This document shows positions 9,013 to 18,100 of a stretch of DNA of 34,245 bases, piece by piece. The notes beneath the pieces were generated by a model. It saw only the letters and a list, made by a program, of their open reading frames with translations, did not search any database and was not told where the DNA came from. This stretch comes from a virus (taxonomy: Duplodnaviria; Caudoviricetes). Numbering within the stretch: position 1 is the first letter of the stretch; the number at the start of each line of letters is the position of its first letter. The position numbers and the translations under genes are program-made. The stretch spans positions 1 through 34,245 of the IMG/VR virus record IMGVR_UViG_3300049023_000137. One strand, given 5' to 3'.

Positions 9013-9852
9013 TCACTCCATCGAGTAGCGAGCGTCGTCGACGACTTCGACCGCAGGATCTGCGCCTGTGTCGAGATCGTACCGAGTCACGAGCCACGGC
9101 TGGAACACGCGGCTATCGCGTTTCGTCAGCGCACCGCCGGTGCGGAACGCGATCGTATAGATGTACACGTTGTTGTTGGTCACGAGCCGACGCGCGCGAC
9201 CGATCTGAACACCGTTTGGAGCGGAGATCGTTTCGCCGTCGACAACGCGTTTGTCGAGCAGGAGCTCGCGCGCCTCCTGCATTACGTGCAGCCCCTCGGC
9301 GCGACGCACGTCGTCGTTGTCGTTTCGGGACGCGACGATCGCGAGAACCCAGTTCTCCTCGACGCGCCAGGTTCGCGGCTCCGGCGCTTCGCTGCCGTCC
9401 CAGTACAGTACGAGCGCAGGGAAGTCGGTGACCTTCGACTTCAGCAGATCCTGCTCGGCAGCGCTCGTGCGGATCTGCTCGTAGATGCGCAGCGATTTGA
9501 CGGTGCCCGCTGCGCCGCCAGACATTGCCGTGCTGACTTCGACCGTCTCCGCGAGCCCGTCGATCGCTGGATGCCAGCGCAGCGGCGTGCGCTCGGGCAG
9601 GTTCACGGCTGCGCCGCCGAACGCGGACTTCACCGGGATCGTGACGCCGGCTGCGGTGACCGTCGCCGCTGCGGTCGTTTTCACGAGCACGCGCGTCGCG
9701 AGCGCGGCGTCGGTCGGGACGAGGTAGCTCCCGAGCGGGACAGCGACGTCGGCGCCCGTTGCGCGCGCCGAGATGACGCCCGTCGACTGCGTGCCAGTGA
9801 GCGAGGAGAGGAGCGAGAACACGCCCCGCGCGGTGCGGAGGATATCAGTCAA
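9013..9852 (-). CDS. Tail terminator/neck protein (Mu gp37-like) with inserted baseplate-J-like beta domain
   Basis: C-terminal FPALVLYWDG...WVLAIVASRN...AEGLHVMQEARELL is gp37-like. Residues ~20-115 resemble the baseplate-J barrel. Confidence 0.6.
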   Translation of the reverse strand: MTDILRTARGVFSLLSSLTGTQSTGVISARATGADVAVPLGSYLVPTDAALATRVLVKTTAAATVTAAGVTIPVKSAFGGAAVNLPERTPLRWHPAIDGLAETVEVSTAMSGGAAGTVKSLRIYEQIRTSAAEQDLLKSKVTDFPALVLYWDGSEAPEPRTWRVEENWVLAIVASRNDNDDVRRAEGLHVMQEARELLLDKRVVDGETISAPNGVQIGRARRLVTNNNVYIYTIAFRTGGALTKRDSRVFQPWLVTRYDLDTGADPAVEVVDDARYSME

Positions 9853-10034
9853 GCTGATGTGGGCGCAATGCGAACGTGCGTGTCAACCTTGATCGAGAAG
9901 TGCTTCTCTGCCTCAGCGCGAAGCGCGAGCCAGACTGCTACCTCCTCGTCGGTGAGTAGACTCGACGGCTCTCCGTAGTACGCGCTCATCTCGACGGCGT
10001 ACTTGATGCGCGCGTAATCGATGCTGTCTTTCAT
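9849..10034 (-). CDS. 61-aa protein resembling the T portion of the tail chaperone
   Basis: ATG at 10034 just after the upstream stop; MKDSIDYARIKYAVEMSAYYGEPSSLLTDEE; stop overlaps the next ATG. Confidence 0.6.
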   Translation of the reverse strand: MKDSIDYARIKYAVEMSAYYGEPSSLLTDEEVAVWLALRAEAEKHFSIKVDTHVRIAPTSA

Positions 10035-10038
10035 GTGG

Positions 10039-10461
10039 TCATCCAGCAATGTGAGCGAGAATCGTATCTGCTGCGTCTTCGTACACGTCGTCGGGCAGAT
10101 CGAAGAAGTCACGCAGCGGGATCTTCGTGCGAGGCTCAGCGCTGACGTGGTACTTCGCGTATTCAACGCTCGTGCCCACTTCGGCGAAGTCCTTGCCGCT
10201 CTCGCCTGCGATGCTCCCTGACAGCACGCCCGTGTCGACGAGGATCTGATACTCCGATCCGCGCCGCTGCTGCTTCGTCGACTCGGCGAGATCGGGCCAG
10301 CCTGGACCGCTCTGTTCGAACTTGTCCTGCACGGCCGTGACGAGCGATTCGGCGATCACGCTCATCGGCTCGGAGAGGTCCTCGGCGCGGTCCGCGAACC
10401 CTGCGAGCGCAGCGGCCAACTGAGCGGTGTCGAGCTCGACGAGACGCTGCGAGCCGGCCAT
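10039..10461 (-). CDS. Virion morphogenesis/tail completion protein (Mu gpG-like)
   Basis: DLSEPMSVIAESL...KFEQSGPGWPDLAEST...ILVDTGVLSGSI...EVGTSVEYAKYH...IPLRDF is the characteristic family signature. Confidence 0.88.
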   Translation of the reverse strand: MAGSQRLVELDTAQLAAALAGFADRAEDLSEPMSVIAESLVTAVQDKFEQSGPGWPDLAESTKQQRRGSEYQILVDTGVLSGSIAGESGKDFAEVGTSVEYAKYHVSAEPRTKIPLRDFFDLPDDVYEDAADTILAHIAG

Positions 10462-10949
10462 CAGAACCCGCCTGAGCCGCGCGGGTTCGTGCGCGACGTG
10501 GCGTACGTGTGAACGTGCGGGAGCGTCACCGTGGTGCGGTTACGCAGCGTCGGATTCGAGCCCTGCACGGCTTCGATGCCCATGCGCTGGACGCCTTTGC
10601 CGAGTTGGTCGAGCATCTTCTCGCCGCGCTTCCGGTGTCCGGCATAGGGCGCGCGCTCGCCGTCCGCACCGCCGAACTCCTGCTTCGTCTCGCCGGCCAG
10701 CGACATCGCAATGTCGCAGACGGCGCTGCGGAACCGCGGATCATCGATCAGCCGCTCGACCATCCCTGCGCCGAACGCTGCGAGCAGGTAGGCGTCAGCG
10801 GCGCCGCTGGCTTCCTCGATGATGGCGATCACGCTTTCCGAGTTCGGATCTGCGCTGCCATCCTGCGAGAGAAACTGCGACACCGCCGACACGCCGAACC
10901 TGCTCTGCATGTCCTGCAGCGTGATGTACCGCGGCGGCTGGTACGTCAC
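10461..10949 (-). CDS. Head-tail connector (Mu gp36/DUF1320-like)
   Basis: YITLQDMQSRFG...IEEASGAADAYL...AVCDIA...Y...MLDQLGKG pattern; synteny. Confidence 0.82.
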   Translation of the reverse strand: MTYQPPRYITLQDMQSRFGVSAVSQFLSQDGSADPNSESVIAIIEEASGAADAYLLAAFGAGMVERLIDDPRFRSAVCDIAMSLAGETKQEFGGADGERAPYAGHRKRGEKMLDQLGKGVQRMGIEAVQGSNPTLRNRTTVTLPHVHTYATSRTNPRGSGGF

Positions 10950-11140
10950 CGGCTGGGCTCCACAGCGTCGCCGATTGACTTCGCCTCGGCGTCGGTGAGA
11001 CGCAGGGTGTCGCCGCGCACGTAGGTATGCGGCTTGCCGTCGACAGCGCCGGCGATCTTGTGACGCGCGCGGTACTCGCGCCTCGGATCTGCCGGCGTCG
11101 CTGCCTGCGCAGCGGGCTTCGCGCTCGGCTCAGCCATCAC
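10946..11140 (-). CDS. Small protein after the major capsid gene (Mu gp35-like position)
   Basis: 64 aa, YVRGDTLRLTDAEAKSIG; coupled to both neighbours. Confidence 0.55.
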   Translation of the reverse strand: MMAEPSAKPAAQAATPADPRREYRARHKIAGAVDGKPHTYVRGDTLRLTDAEAKSIGDAVEPSR

Positions 11141-12222
11141 TGCACCGCGTTGATGAGGAGGCCACCGACGTTGTTCGCGAGCATGATCGGGAGATCGGAG
11201 ACGCCCACGACAATCGTCGTGCCGCCAGCGTATCCGCGGTCCTCGACGCGATATTCACGCGACTCGTACCCGACGCCCTGGGGCCCCTTCACACGGAAGG
11301 TCTTCGTGGTGTGGATGTCGTCGCCGCCGGGGTTCGACGTGAGCACGACATGATTCCCGAGAATGGGAGACAGCGCTCCGCCGGACGTCGATCGCGACTT
11401 CGCGTTGGCGACTCGAATCGGCGGAAGACCAGGGATCACGAAGTCCGTGATCGTGCCCGTTTTCACGCCGCTATTGACCGCCACGAGGTCACGAGCCGCG
11501 GCTCCGTCGCCCATGAACTGCCGCATGTGCTCGCGCACCGAGGCATGTCGGATGAACGCGTTTGCGACCGTCTGGTTCATCCAGACGTCGGTGATCTGCA
11601 TTGCAGAGTCCTCCATGGCGTCCTGGATGTTCTTGATGGGATCGGAGCTTGCGCCACCGTTCCACGCGGCCGCCGCGAGGAGCGTCGTGACGACGCTGGA
11701 GTCCCAGTTGCCGGATGTCGTGAGCATACTCCAGACGTCGTGCTCTCGCCCGATCGCGAGCGCCGCTTGGCACCGCCGCGCCGCAGCCTGTCTCGTTCGA
11801 TACCGAGTGCCGATCTCCTCATCCTCCGTCGCCTGCGGCACGTAGGAGGAGACGAACTGCTCCACCGTGGAGTACTCGACCAGGCTCGACTTCGGGTCGA
11901 TCTGCGGAGGCGATGCCTGAATCGACCCCTTCGTATCGACACGAAGGAACGCATCGTCGGCGCTCTCGGTGCGGTACTTGTCCTTGCGGTGGTCGACCGG
12001 CATGATCGGCGACACGTCGTCCGCGCGGTACGCTCCGTTGCGGTACATCGCGAGGTAGCTTGGGATCTCGGCCGGGCTGTGCACGTCGTCGGGGACGAGC
12101 GCGAGGTGGCGAATCCGTCGACCGGACTGGTCGAACACATGGCCGGACTTCGTGTCCAGCACGATGCGGGTGCCGTCGGCTCCAAGCGGGGAGTCTCCGG
12201 CGATCAGAATGGTCTGCTCCAT
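11137..12222 (-). CDS. Major capsid protein
   Basis: 361 aa after scaffold and decoration genes. YRADDVSPIMPV, WNGGASSDPIKNI and VWMNQTVANAFIRHASV fit HK97-fold capsids. GAAGGA SD. Confidence 0.85.
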   Translation of the reverse strand: MEQTILIAGDSPLGADGTRIVLDTKSGHVFDQSGRRIRHLALVPDDVHSPAEIPSYLAMYRNGAYRADDVSPIMPVDHRKDKYRTESADDAFLRVDTKGSIQASPPQIDPKSSLVEYSTVEQFVSSYVPQATEDEEIGTRYRTRQAAARRCQAALAIGREHDVWSMLTTSGNWDSSVVTTLLAAAAWNGGASSDPIKNIQDAMEDSAMQITDVWMNQTVANAFIRHASVREHMRQFMGDGAAARDLVAVNSGVKTGTITDFVIPGLPPIRVANAKSRSTSGGALSPILGNHVVLTSNPGGDDIHTTKTFRVKGPQGVGYESREYRVEDRGYAGGTTIVVGVSDLPIMLANNVGGLLINAVQ

Positions 12223-12268
12223 GGTATTCCTTCGATCTCTCTGAGTTGTTGTCGCGCAGCCGCGCTGA

Positions 12269-12676
12269 TCAGCCCTGGCGCACCACGCCGGGGCCCGCGA
12301 GCTCGACCTCGATCAGGTCGCCGTCGGTCGTCGCAGCAGTGATTGCCTTACCGACCACGGCCGCGTTCGAGCCACCCGCGGCGGTCCACGTCGCGACCTT
12401 GCCGGCGGTCGTGAGCATCAGGCGATCGCCGATGGTGATCGCGGCCGACGCGGTGCAGATCGCCTGTCCGCGAATCTGCACGTCGCCCCACGTGACGTTT
12501 GCGATCGCCTTCAGCGTGACGCCGTACACGTCGTCGGTGACCGCGCCAGGGAGCTCGATTTGGCGATCTCCTGCGTTGTCGAGCACGACAACCAGCGCCG
12601 CTCCAATCGAGCTACCGGTTGCGTTGTAGCCAGACCGCAAATCCTGCGGTCCAATGATCTGTCGAGGCTGTCCCAT
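12269..12676 (-). CDS. Capsid decoration/cement protein (DUF2190-like)
   Basis: GVTLKA...GDVQIRG...ASAAITIGDRLMLTTAGKV...VVGKAITAATTDGDLIEVEL. Confidence 0.8.
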   Translation of the reverse strand: MGQPRQIIGPQDLRSGYNATGSSIGAALVVVLDNAGDRQIELPGAVTDDVYGVTLKAIANVTWGDVQIRGQAICTASAAITIGDRLMLTTAGKVATWTAAGGSNAAVVGKAITAATTDGDLIEVELAGPGVVRQG

Positions 12677-12741
12677 GGGTAGATCTCTCCGTCAGCGCGG
12701 CGTCGTTTGCTGCGCTCCGATTCGTTGTTCTGAGCGTGGCT

Positions 12742-13554
12742 TCAGGCCGCGCGCGCGGTCGCGAGAAGGGCGCACGCCTGAGCGTGCAGGTCATCGAGGG
12801 CGATCTTGTCGCCGCCGGGCTGCGACTTGAGGTAGTTCATCGCCTTCATGACGTCGTTCGCGCCAGGCACCTTCGACAGGTCGACGCGCTGCGCGCCGGC
12901 GCCTGGCTTGTCCTGCATGGACTGCGGAACGCGAACCAGCGCTCCGCCTGCGCCGAGCGCGAGCTGGTCGAGGATCGATGTCGGCTGGCGCTGCGCGTGC
13001 TGCCGCTGCGTCGCGAGCGCGGCGGTCGGGTCGACGCCGCCGGTCGTGGTCGTGGTCGCTGCGGCGTTGGCGCGCGACAGCTGCTTCGCAGCCTCGACGT
13101 TGTACGCCTTGCGGAACCCTTCCTTGTCCGCCTTGCGGTGGTTCGTCAGCGACGCGACGACGGCAGCCTTGGTCTTGTCGGCGGGGTCGACACCGATGGT
13201 CGCCAGCGCCATGCCGACGTCCTCCATCGCGCTCTCCTCGTCGATCTTCGCGAGCTCCTGCTGCGCGGCCTCGAACTGCGGGAGGAGCTTGTCGAGCTCG
13301 ACCTTGACCTTCTTCAGCGTGTCGATGCTCGCGAGCGCTGCAGGCAGGCTCGCTACGTCGAGCGACTGAAGGAGCGCGGCGAGATCGGTCGTCGCAGTCG
13401 CGCCGCTCTCGACGGCCATCAGGATCTGCGTGTTCGTGACGTCCTTCGCGTCGCACTTCCGGTGCTTCGCGAGCGTGATCGCGAGCGAGTCGCGGAGGTC
13501 GTCGGCGGGCGACTTCTGCGCCGCCGGCTGCGTGTTCGTGGTAGCGGTAGACAT
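12742..13554 (-). CDS. Probable nested in-frame scaffold protein (Mu gpZ analogue)
   Basis: Internal AGAGGGA SD-like sequence precedes an in-frame ATG (MSTATTNTQP) after a low-complexity linker. Confidence 0.6.
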   Translation of the reverse strand: MSTATTNTQPAAQKSPADDLRDSLAITLAKHRKCDAKDVTNTQILMAVESGATATTDLAALLQSLDVASLPAALASIDTLKKVKVELDKLLPQFEAAQQELAKIDEESAMEDVGMALATIGVDPADKTKAAVVASLTNHRKADKEGFRKAYNVEAAKQLSRANAAATTTTTGGVDPTAALATQRQHAQRQPTSILDQLALGAGGALVRVPQSMQDKPGAGAQRVDLSKVPGANDVMKAMNYLKSQPGGDKIALDDLHAQACALLATARAA

Positions 13555-14475
13555 GATTCCCTCTGTGGTTGCGCCGGCAGGCGCAGTAGTCGTGTTCGCT
13601 GGAAACAGCTTGTCGAACTCGGCGAACACGTCGTTCGCCGGAGTGAGGTACGGCAGGTTGAAGATGCAGCGCAGCGTCTGCAGCGCGTGCTCGATGTCGA
13701 CGCCATCGGGGACGACTGCGCCGGGCTCGGTCCAGCGTCGGAGTTCGTTCGCCTTGTCGATCAGCGCGGTATCGGGCTCGGTCTTGTCGAGTTCGAACTC
13801 CGCGCGGAGGCGCGCGATGATGCCTTCCGGGCCGTCAGACGGCGCCCATTCGCTCTTGTAGACCGACGCCGCAAGCGCTGGCAGGTCCTGCAGGAACGGC
13901 TGGTTGGTGACCGCGATCGACGTGAGCACCGCGCCGATCGGATTCCCACGCTCCGGATCCTTCGCGTTGAACACGACAGATACGCTCGCCCAGCGATACC
14001 GCTTCTCGCGGATGTACGTGCGCGCGGGCTCGAGCCAGCGCGTCAGGGCTTCGAGCTTCGCCTTGCCGTCCTCGCGCTGCCCGATGCGCACGTCGAGGAC
14101 CCATCCCTGAGCAGGCGCGCCGCTGACCGGAATCTCGCCGCTTGTCGCCGGCGCCTCGGAGGCATGGTGCATGTCCCACTGCACGACGTCGTACGCGCCG
14201 GCCTCGAGGAGCTCGGGCGCGGCGCCCTCCGCGCCCGCCTGGAACGCAGGGTGCGCATGGAAGTTCCGCACGATCTCCTCGAACGTGGCACGCGTGAACT
14301 CGAATTCGCCCATCCAATGGCCCTTGAACGAGCCCTCGTAGGCAACCTCGAGCCACACCGCGGCAGCGGTGCTGCCAGCCGCGTCGAGCAGACGCACGCC
14401 GGGCGCGCGCACCTGTCGCGAGACCATAGCAGCGCCATCCGCTGCCGCGATCGTCGACCGCCTGCGCGTCTTCAC
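12742..14475 (-). CDS. Mu gpI-like prohead protease with C-terminal scaffold
   Basis: WDMHHAS, APAQGWV, WLEPARTYIREKRYRWASVSV and LTSIAVTNQPFL are Mu-like protease motifs; coiled-coil C-terminal half. Confidence 0.85.
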   Translation of the reverse strand: MKTRRRSTIAAADGAAMVSRQVRAPGVRLLDAAGSTAAAVWLEVAYEGSFKGHWMGEFEFTRATFEEIVRNFHAHPAFQAGAEGAAPELLEAGAYDVVQWDMHHASEAPATSGEIPVSGAPAQGWVLDVRIGQREDGKAKLEALTRWLEPARTYIREKRYRWASVSVVFNAKDPERGNPIGAVLTSIAVTNQPFLQDLPALAASVYKSEWAPSDGPEGIIARLRAEFELDKTEPDTALIDKANELRRWTEPGAVVPDGVDIEHALQTLRCIFNLPYLTPANDVFAEFDKLFPANTTTAPAGATTEGIMSTATTNTQPAAQKSPADDLRDSLAITLAKHRKCDAKDVTNTQILMAVESGATATTDLAALLQSLDVASLPAALASIDTLKKVKVELDKLLPQFEAAQQELAKIDEESAMEDVGMALATIGVDPADKTKAAVVASLTNHRKADKEGFRKAYNVEAAKQLSRANAAATTTTTGGVDPTAALATQRQHAQRQPTSILDQLALGAGGALVRVPQSMQDKPGAGAQRVDLSKVPGANDVMKAMNYLKSQPGGDKIALDDLHAQACALLATARAA

Positions 14476-15119
14476 GTGAGGTCCAGTTCGTAGGTCAGCA
14501 CGTAGTCGTTCGTGCCGTTGGCGCCGCTGTTCGGCAGGTAGCTCCCGTGCGGCGGGTGCGTCGCCGGGATCGTGAACGTGCCGTTCGTCACGCGCGAGCC
14601 CGCGGCGGTCTCGTTGACGACGTGCACGAGACCGGCGCGGATCTTCGGCTTGCGGCGGAGCCCGAGATACGGACCGAGCCCGATCGCGATGGTCGCGGCC
14701 GTGCCGTCGCCCGCGGCTTCGACGATGCTCGTGACCGTCGAGAAAAACTTCGTGCTCGTCGCGGTCGTCGCGGTCTGCGCGAGCGTGACCGTCTCGGTCT
14801 GCGCGGCACCGAGCGCATCGGTGCCCGTGATCGTCGCCGTCGCCGGCGCATCTGCGGGCGTCGCGCCGGCGGTCGTGAACACGATCTGACGCGGAATCGA
14901 CGCCATCGCGGCGACGCCGCCCGCCGAGAACGACGTGGTGGTGCGCTCGGTCGTGACGCTCGCCGTCGCTGCGCGGAGCGACGTGCCCGACGACGCCGCC
15001 GCGTCGATGAACTCGTCGACGTAGAGCGGCGCGCGGTTCGTGAGCGCGGTGAGGAGTTGCTGCGCGGAGTCGACGCGCGAAGAGAATCGCGCGAGGACGT
15101 CAATCGTGGGATCAGCCAT
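14472..15119 (-). CDS. Thr/Ala-rich hypothetical virion protein
   Basis: 215 aa, AGGAG SD, beta-rich (ATITGTDALGAAQTETVTL...TKFFSTVTSI), located in the head module. Confidence 0.65.
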   Translation of the reverse strand: MADPTIDVLARFSSRVDSAQQLLTALTNRAPLYVDEFIDAAASSGTSLRAATASVTTERTTTSFSAGGVAAMASIPRQIVFTTAGATPADAPATATITGTDALGAAQTETVTLAQTATTATSTKFFSTVTSIVEAAGDGTAATIAIGLGPYLGLRRKPKIRAGLVHVVNETAAGSRVTNGTFTIPATHPPHGSYLPNSGANGTNDYVLTYELDLT

Positions 15120-15128
15120 GATGGTCTC

Positions 15129-18100
15129 CTAGATCAGATCTGATTTCGAGCTCGACCACCCGGGGTCGGGAAGGCCGGAGATCTCCGAGCCTTTGCGCAC
15201 GCTGAGTCCGAGTCGCTTGATCTCTCGTTCGCTGCGAGAGACGACCTTACAGCGGCAGTTGCTGGCAACGATTCCGTCTGCTACGACCCATCCAGTCTCA
15301 GACTGGAAGTCGTGAACATGTCCCGAGTAATCGAATTCCCGAACCTCGATAACCTTGTCGAGCGATACACTTCCGGAACCTCGCTCAAGCAACTTTCCGA
15401 CGAGCTCGGCATCGCCCGACAGACCATCGGCAATGCACTGCGAAGTCGCGGCGTCACGTTGCGCAACCAATCCGAATCGGAGCGCAATAAGTGGGCTGCT
15501 CTCAAGAGCGACCGCTCCGCCATCGAGCGGCAATGCAGCGGCGCCTGGCGAGCGACCAGAGGGCGCGTCAGATCCGAGCGCGAGCGCGTCGCAGTCGCGC
15601 TCACAATGAGTCGACTCCGTGGCCTGTTCGAGGACGAACTCGCCGCGGAGCTCTCCGTTCGCGGACTTCCGGTCGTCGGTCAGCTTCCAGTAGCTACCTA
15701 CAACCTCGACCTCGCCTACGAACCGCTTCGCCTCGCCGTGGAAATCATTGCCAACACACCGAAGTCTTCCAGATGGGAGCATTTCCGAGAGCGCACGGAA
15801 TACCTCATCTGCTCTGGCTGGCTCGTGGTGTTCGTCCCGCTGCGCAGCCGTCCCCAGCGAAGCGATCCGGGAATCGGTCTGATAGCAGACAAGATCGTCT
15901 CCTACGCGGATCGACTGCGCAGCGGCGAACCCCTGGGGGGTCAGTATCGGGTGGTTGGCCGTCACGGAAAGTCGACGACCTTCATGCGTGACCAACTCGA
16001 TGGCCTTCCCGGCATACAGGGCACGTGATGCACCAACGATCGCGCCGCTGATGATCGTCTGCGGCAGGAAGCACTGGTGCCCCCACGGCGGCCGACCGAC
16101 CTTGCGCCAGAACGGATCGTCAGCACGCAGCACGTAGCCTCTGACCTTCGCGTGCGTTGCGCGACAACGATCGTCGCGTACCGCCATAATCTGCCAGTAC
16201 GGCCGCGCCGCTAGCACCGCTGGCTGTGTCATCTGCGCCTCGCGCCCGCTGCTGTATGCACCCATCGTCGCGTTGCGAAACACGGTCTCGACGTGCGATG
16301 GCTTGAGCTTCGTCCAGCCTGCGCTGACGAAACGTTCGCTGAGCGCCTTGCTGAAGTTCGCGAGGCTCTTGCCTTCGGTGATGCTCTTGCCGAGTTCGTC
16401 GAACGCGACCTGAAGCATCGACTTGCGAGCGAGTCCTGCGATGTTGAACGCAGCCTTTTTCGCGTTGCCAGCGAGCTTGTTCCACGTCGGTCGGTCAACG
16501 ATCTCGCGCGACAAGAACGCGTTGATCGCCTCCCAAAACGGACGCGTGGTGAACCCGCGCTGACCGCCGGCGAGATGCACCGAGAACTCAGCCGGCTGAA
16601 GCGGCTTGTCGTTCTCCGCTTCCCACTCCGCTTCGACCGCGCCGAACGCAGCGGAGTGAAGCATGCAGCGCTCGACCTCGACGGCGAGCGTCTTCACGTC
16701 GAGCGCCTTCGCCGCGGCGCGCAGTGCGGTGCGGATGTCCGTCGCGGTCTCGAGTCCGCGCGTGGAACGAGCGAGCGCGCGGGCCCAGCGCGTCGTGATG
16801 GCTGCGCCGCGCTTTGTGCGCGCGGTGGAGATGTCCTCCACGTCGCCGGCGACGTCGCCGGGCTGTGCGTCGAGGAGTAGCGGGTCGCCGTACGCGGTCG
16901 CAGCAGCCTGCGGCGCCGACGGAGCGACCTCGCGGATCCGAGCCTTCTCCACGCCGATCGTGCGGAGCATCCGATCGATCCCCTGCGCACCGACGACGAG
17001 CCACTGGATCTGCGCGACCACGCCCGCGACGTCCATGTCGCCGACGTGCCGCGCAGCCCATGCCTCGCGCAGGCGCACCGCCTCGTCCTCCGCGTCGGTC
17101 TCGACGACGCCGCGACGATCGACGATCGGCGCGAGCCGACGGAACTGGAGCTTCGACAGTGGTGTGCCTTTGCTCCAGATCTGCGGATACTCCTCGCGGA
17201 GTTGCCGCGCGACGCTGAGCGGGAACACGCGGTGCTTGCTGTTGATCAGCGAAACGCGCTTGTTCTCGCCAGCGAGCGGGAAGTTCGTGATGCCGCCGGC
17301 CGCTTCGGTCGCAGCGAGGTCGGTGAGCTCGGCGAACGTCGCACCGAGCGGCCCGTGAAACAGGTCGAAGTCTTCGTCGGGCGAGCCGGGCTCGAGCGTC
17401 GAAGCGGCGGCCGGCGCAGGCTGCGCGGTGCCGTTCGCGGGCGGAGGCTGCGCGCCGGGCTTGCCCCATTCGCCGATCCCGGGCTCGCTGCCGCTCGGGT
17501 CAATCAGCATCGGGCGCGGGGGGATGTACCGTGCGCTCATGTCGTCCTGCGGCGCCTCGACGAGCTGCACGATCGCTTCGCCCTTCTCGGGTTTGCGGTA
17601 TCCGGTGCGCTCGCGAAGTTCGTCGGCCGCGATCGGCATGCCGAGATCGCTAAACGCCTTCGCGCACTCGAGCTCGCGCTTTCGGTCGCGCTCGGGCGCG
17701 GTGCGCAGCGAGAATGTCGGCGCGTACCTGCGCGCGTCGAACGTCGAGATGCCGTAGAACGGCGCGTTCAGCGCGACGATCGACAGAACGAGATCGCGCT
17801 GGACGACGCCGCTGATGCGCTCGCCGTCGGCCTGGAGGATGAGCAGCTGCTCGTCCTGATGAACGCGCGCCTGCTGGCTGCCGAGGCCCGCGGACTGTGC
17901 GTCCGTCGTGCTGGTCCCTCCAAGGACCAGCTTCGAAATCTGCTTGTCGCAGTCGGCGATCGTGTGGTTGTGCAACTCGCCGGACTTCGGATCAGGCGAC
18001 TTGACCTCGAGCTTTACCCCCTTGGCGAACTGCGCGACGAGCGCGCCGCCGAGCGCTTCGGCTTGATCGACGGCTTCGTCGAGGTCGTCGGGCGTGGGGT

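Noticed and set aside
15400-15900. In-frame LAGLIDADG or HNH endonuclease in the intein
   Set aside because: No such motifs are visible in the intein reading frame.
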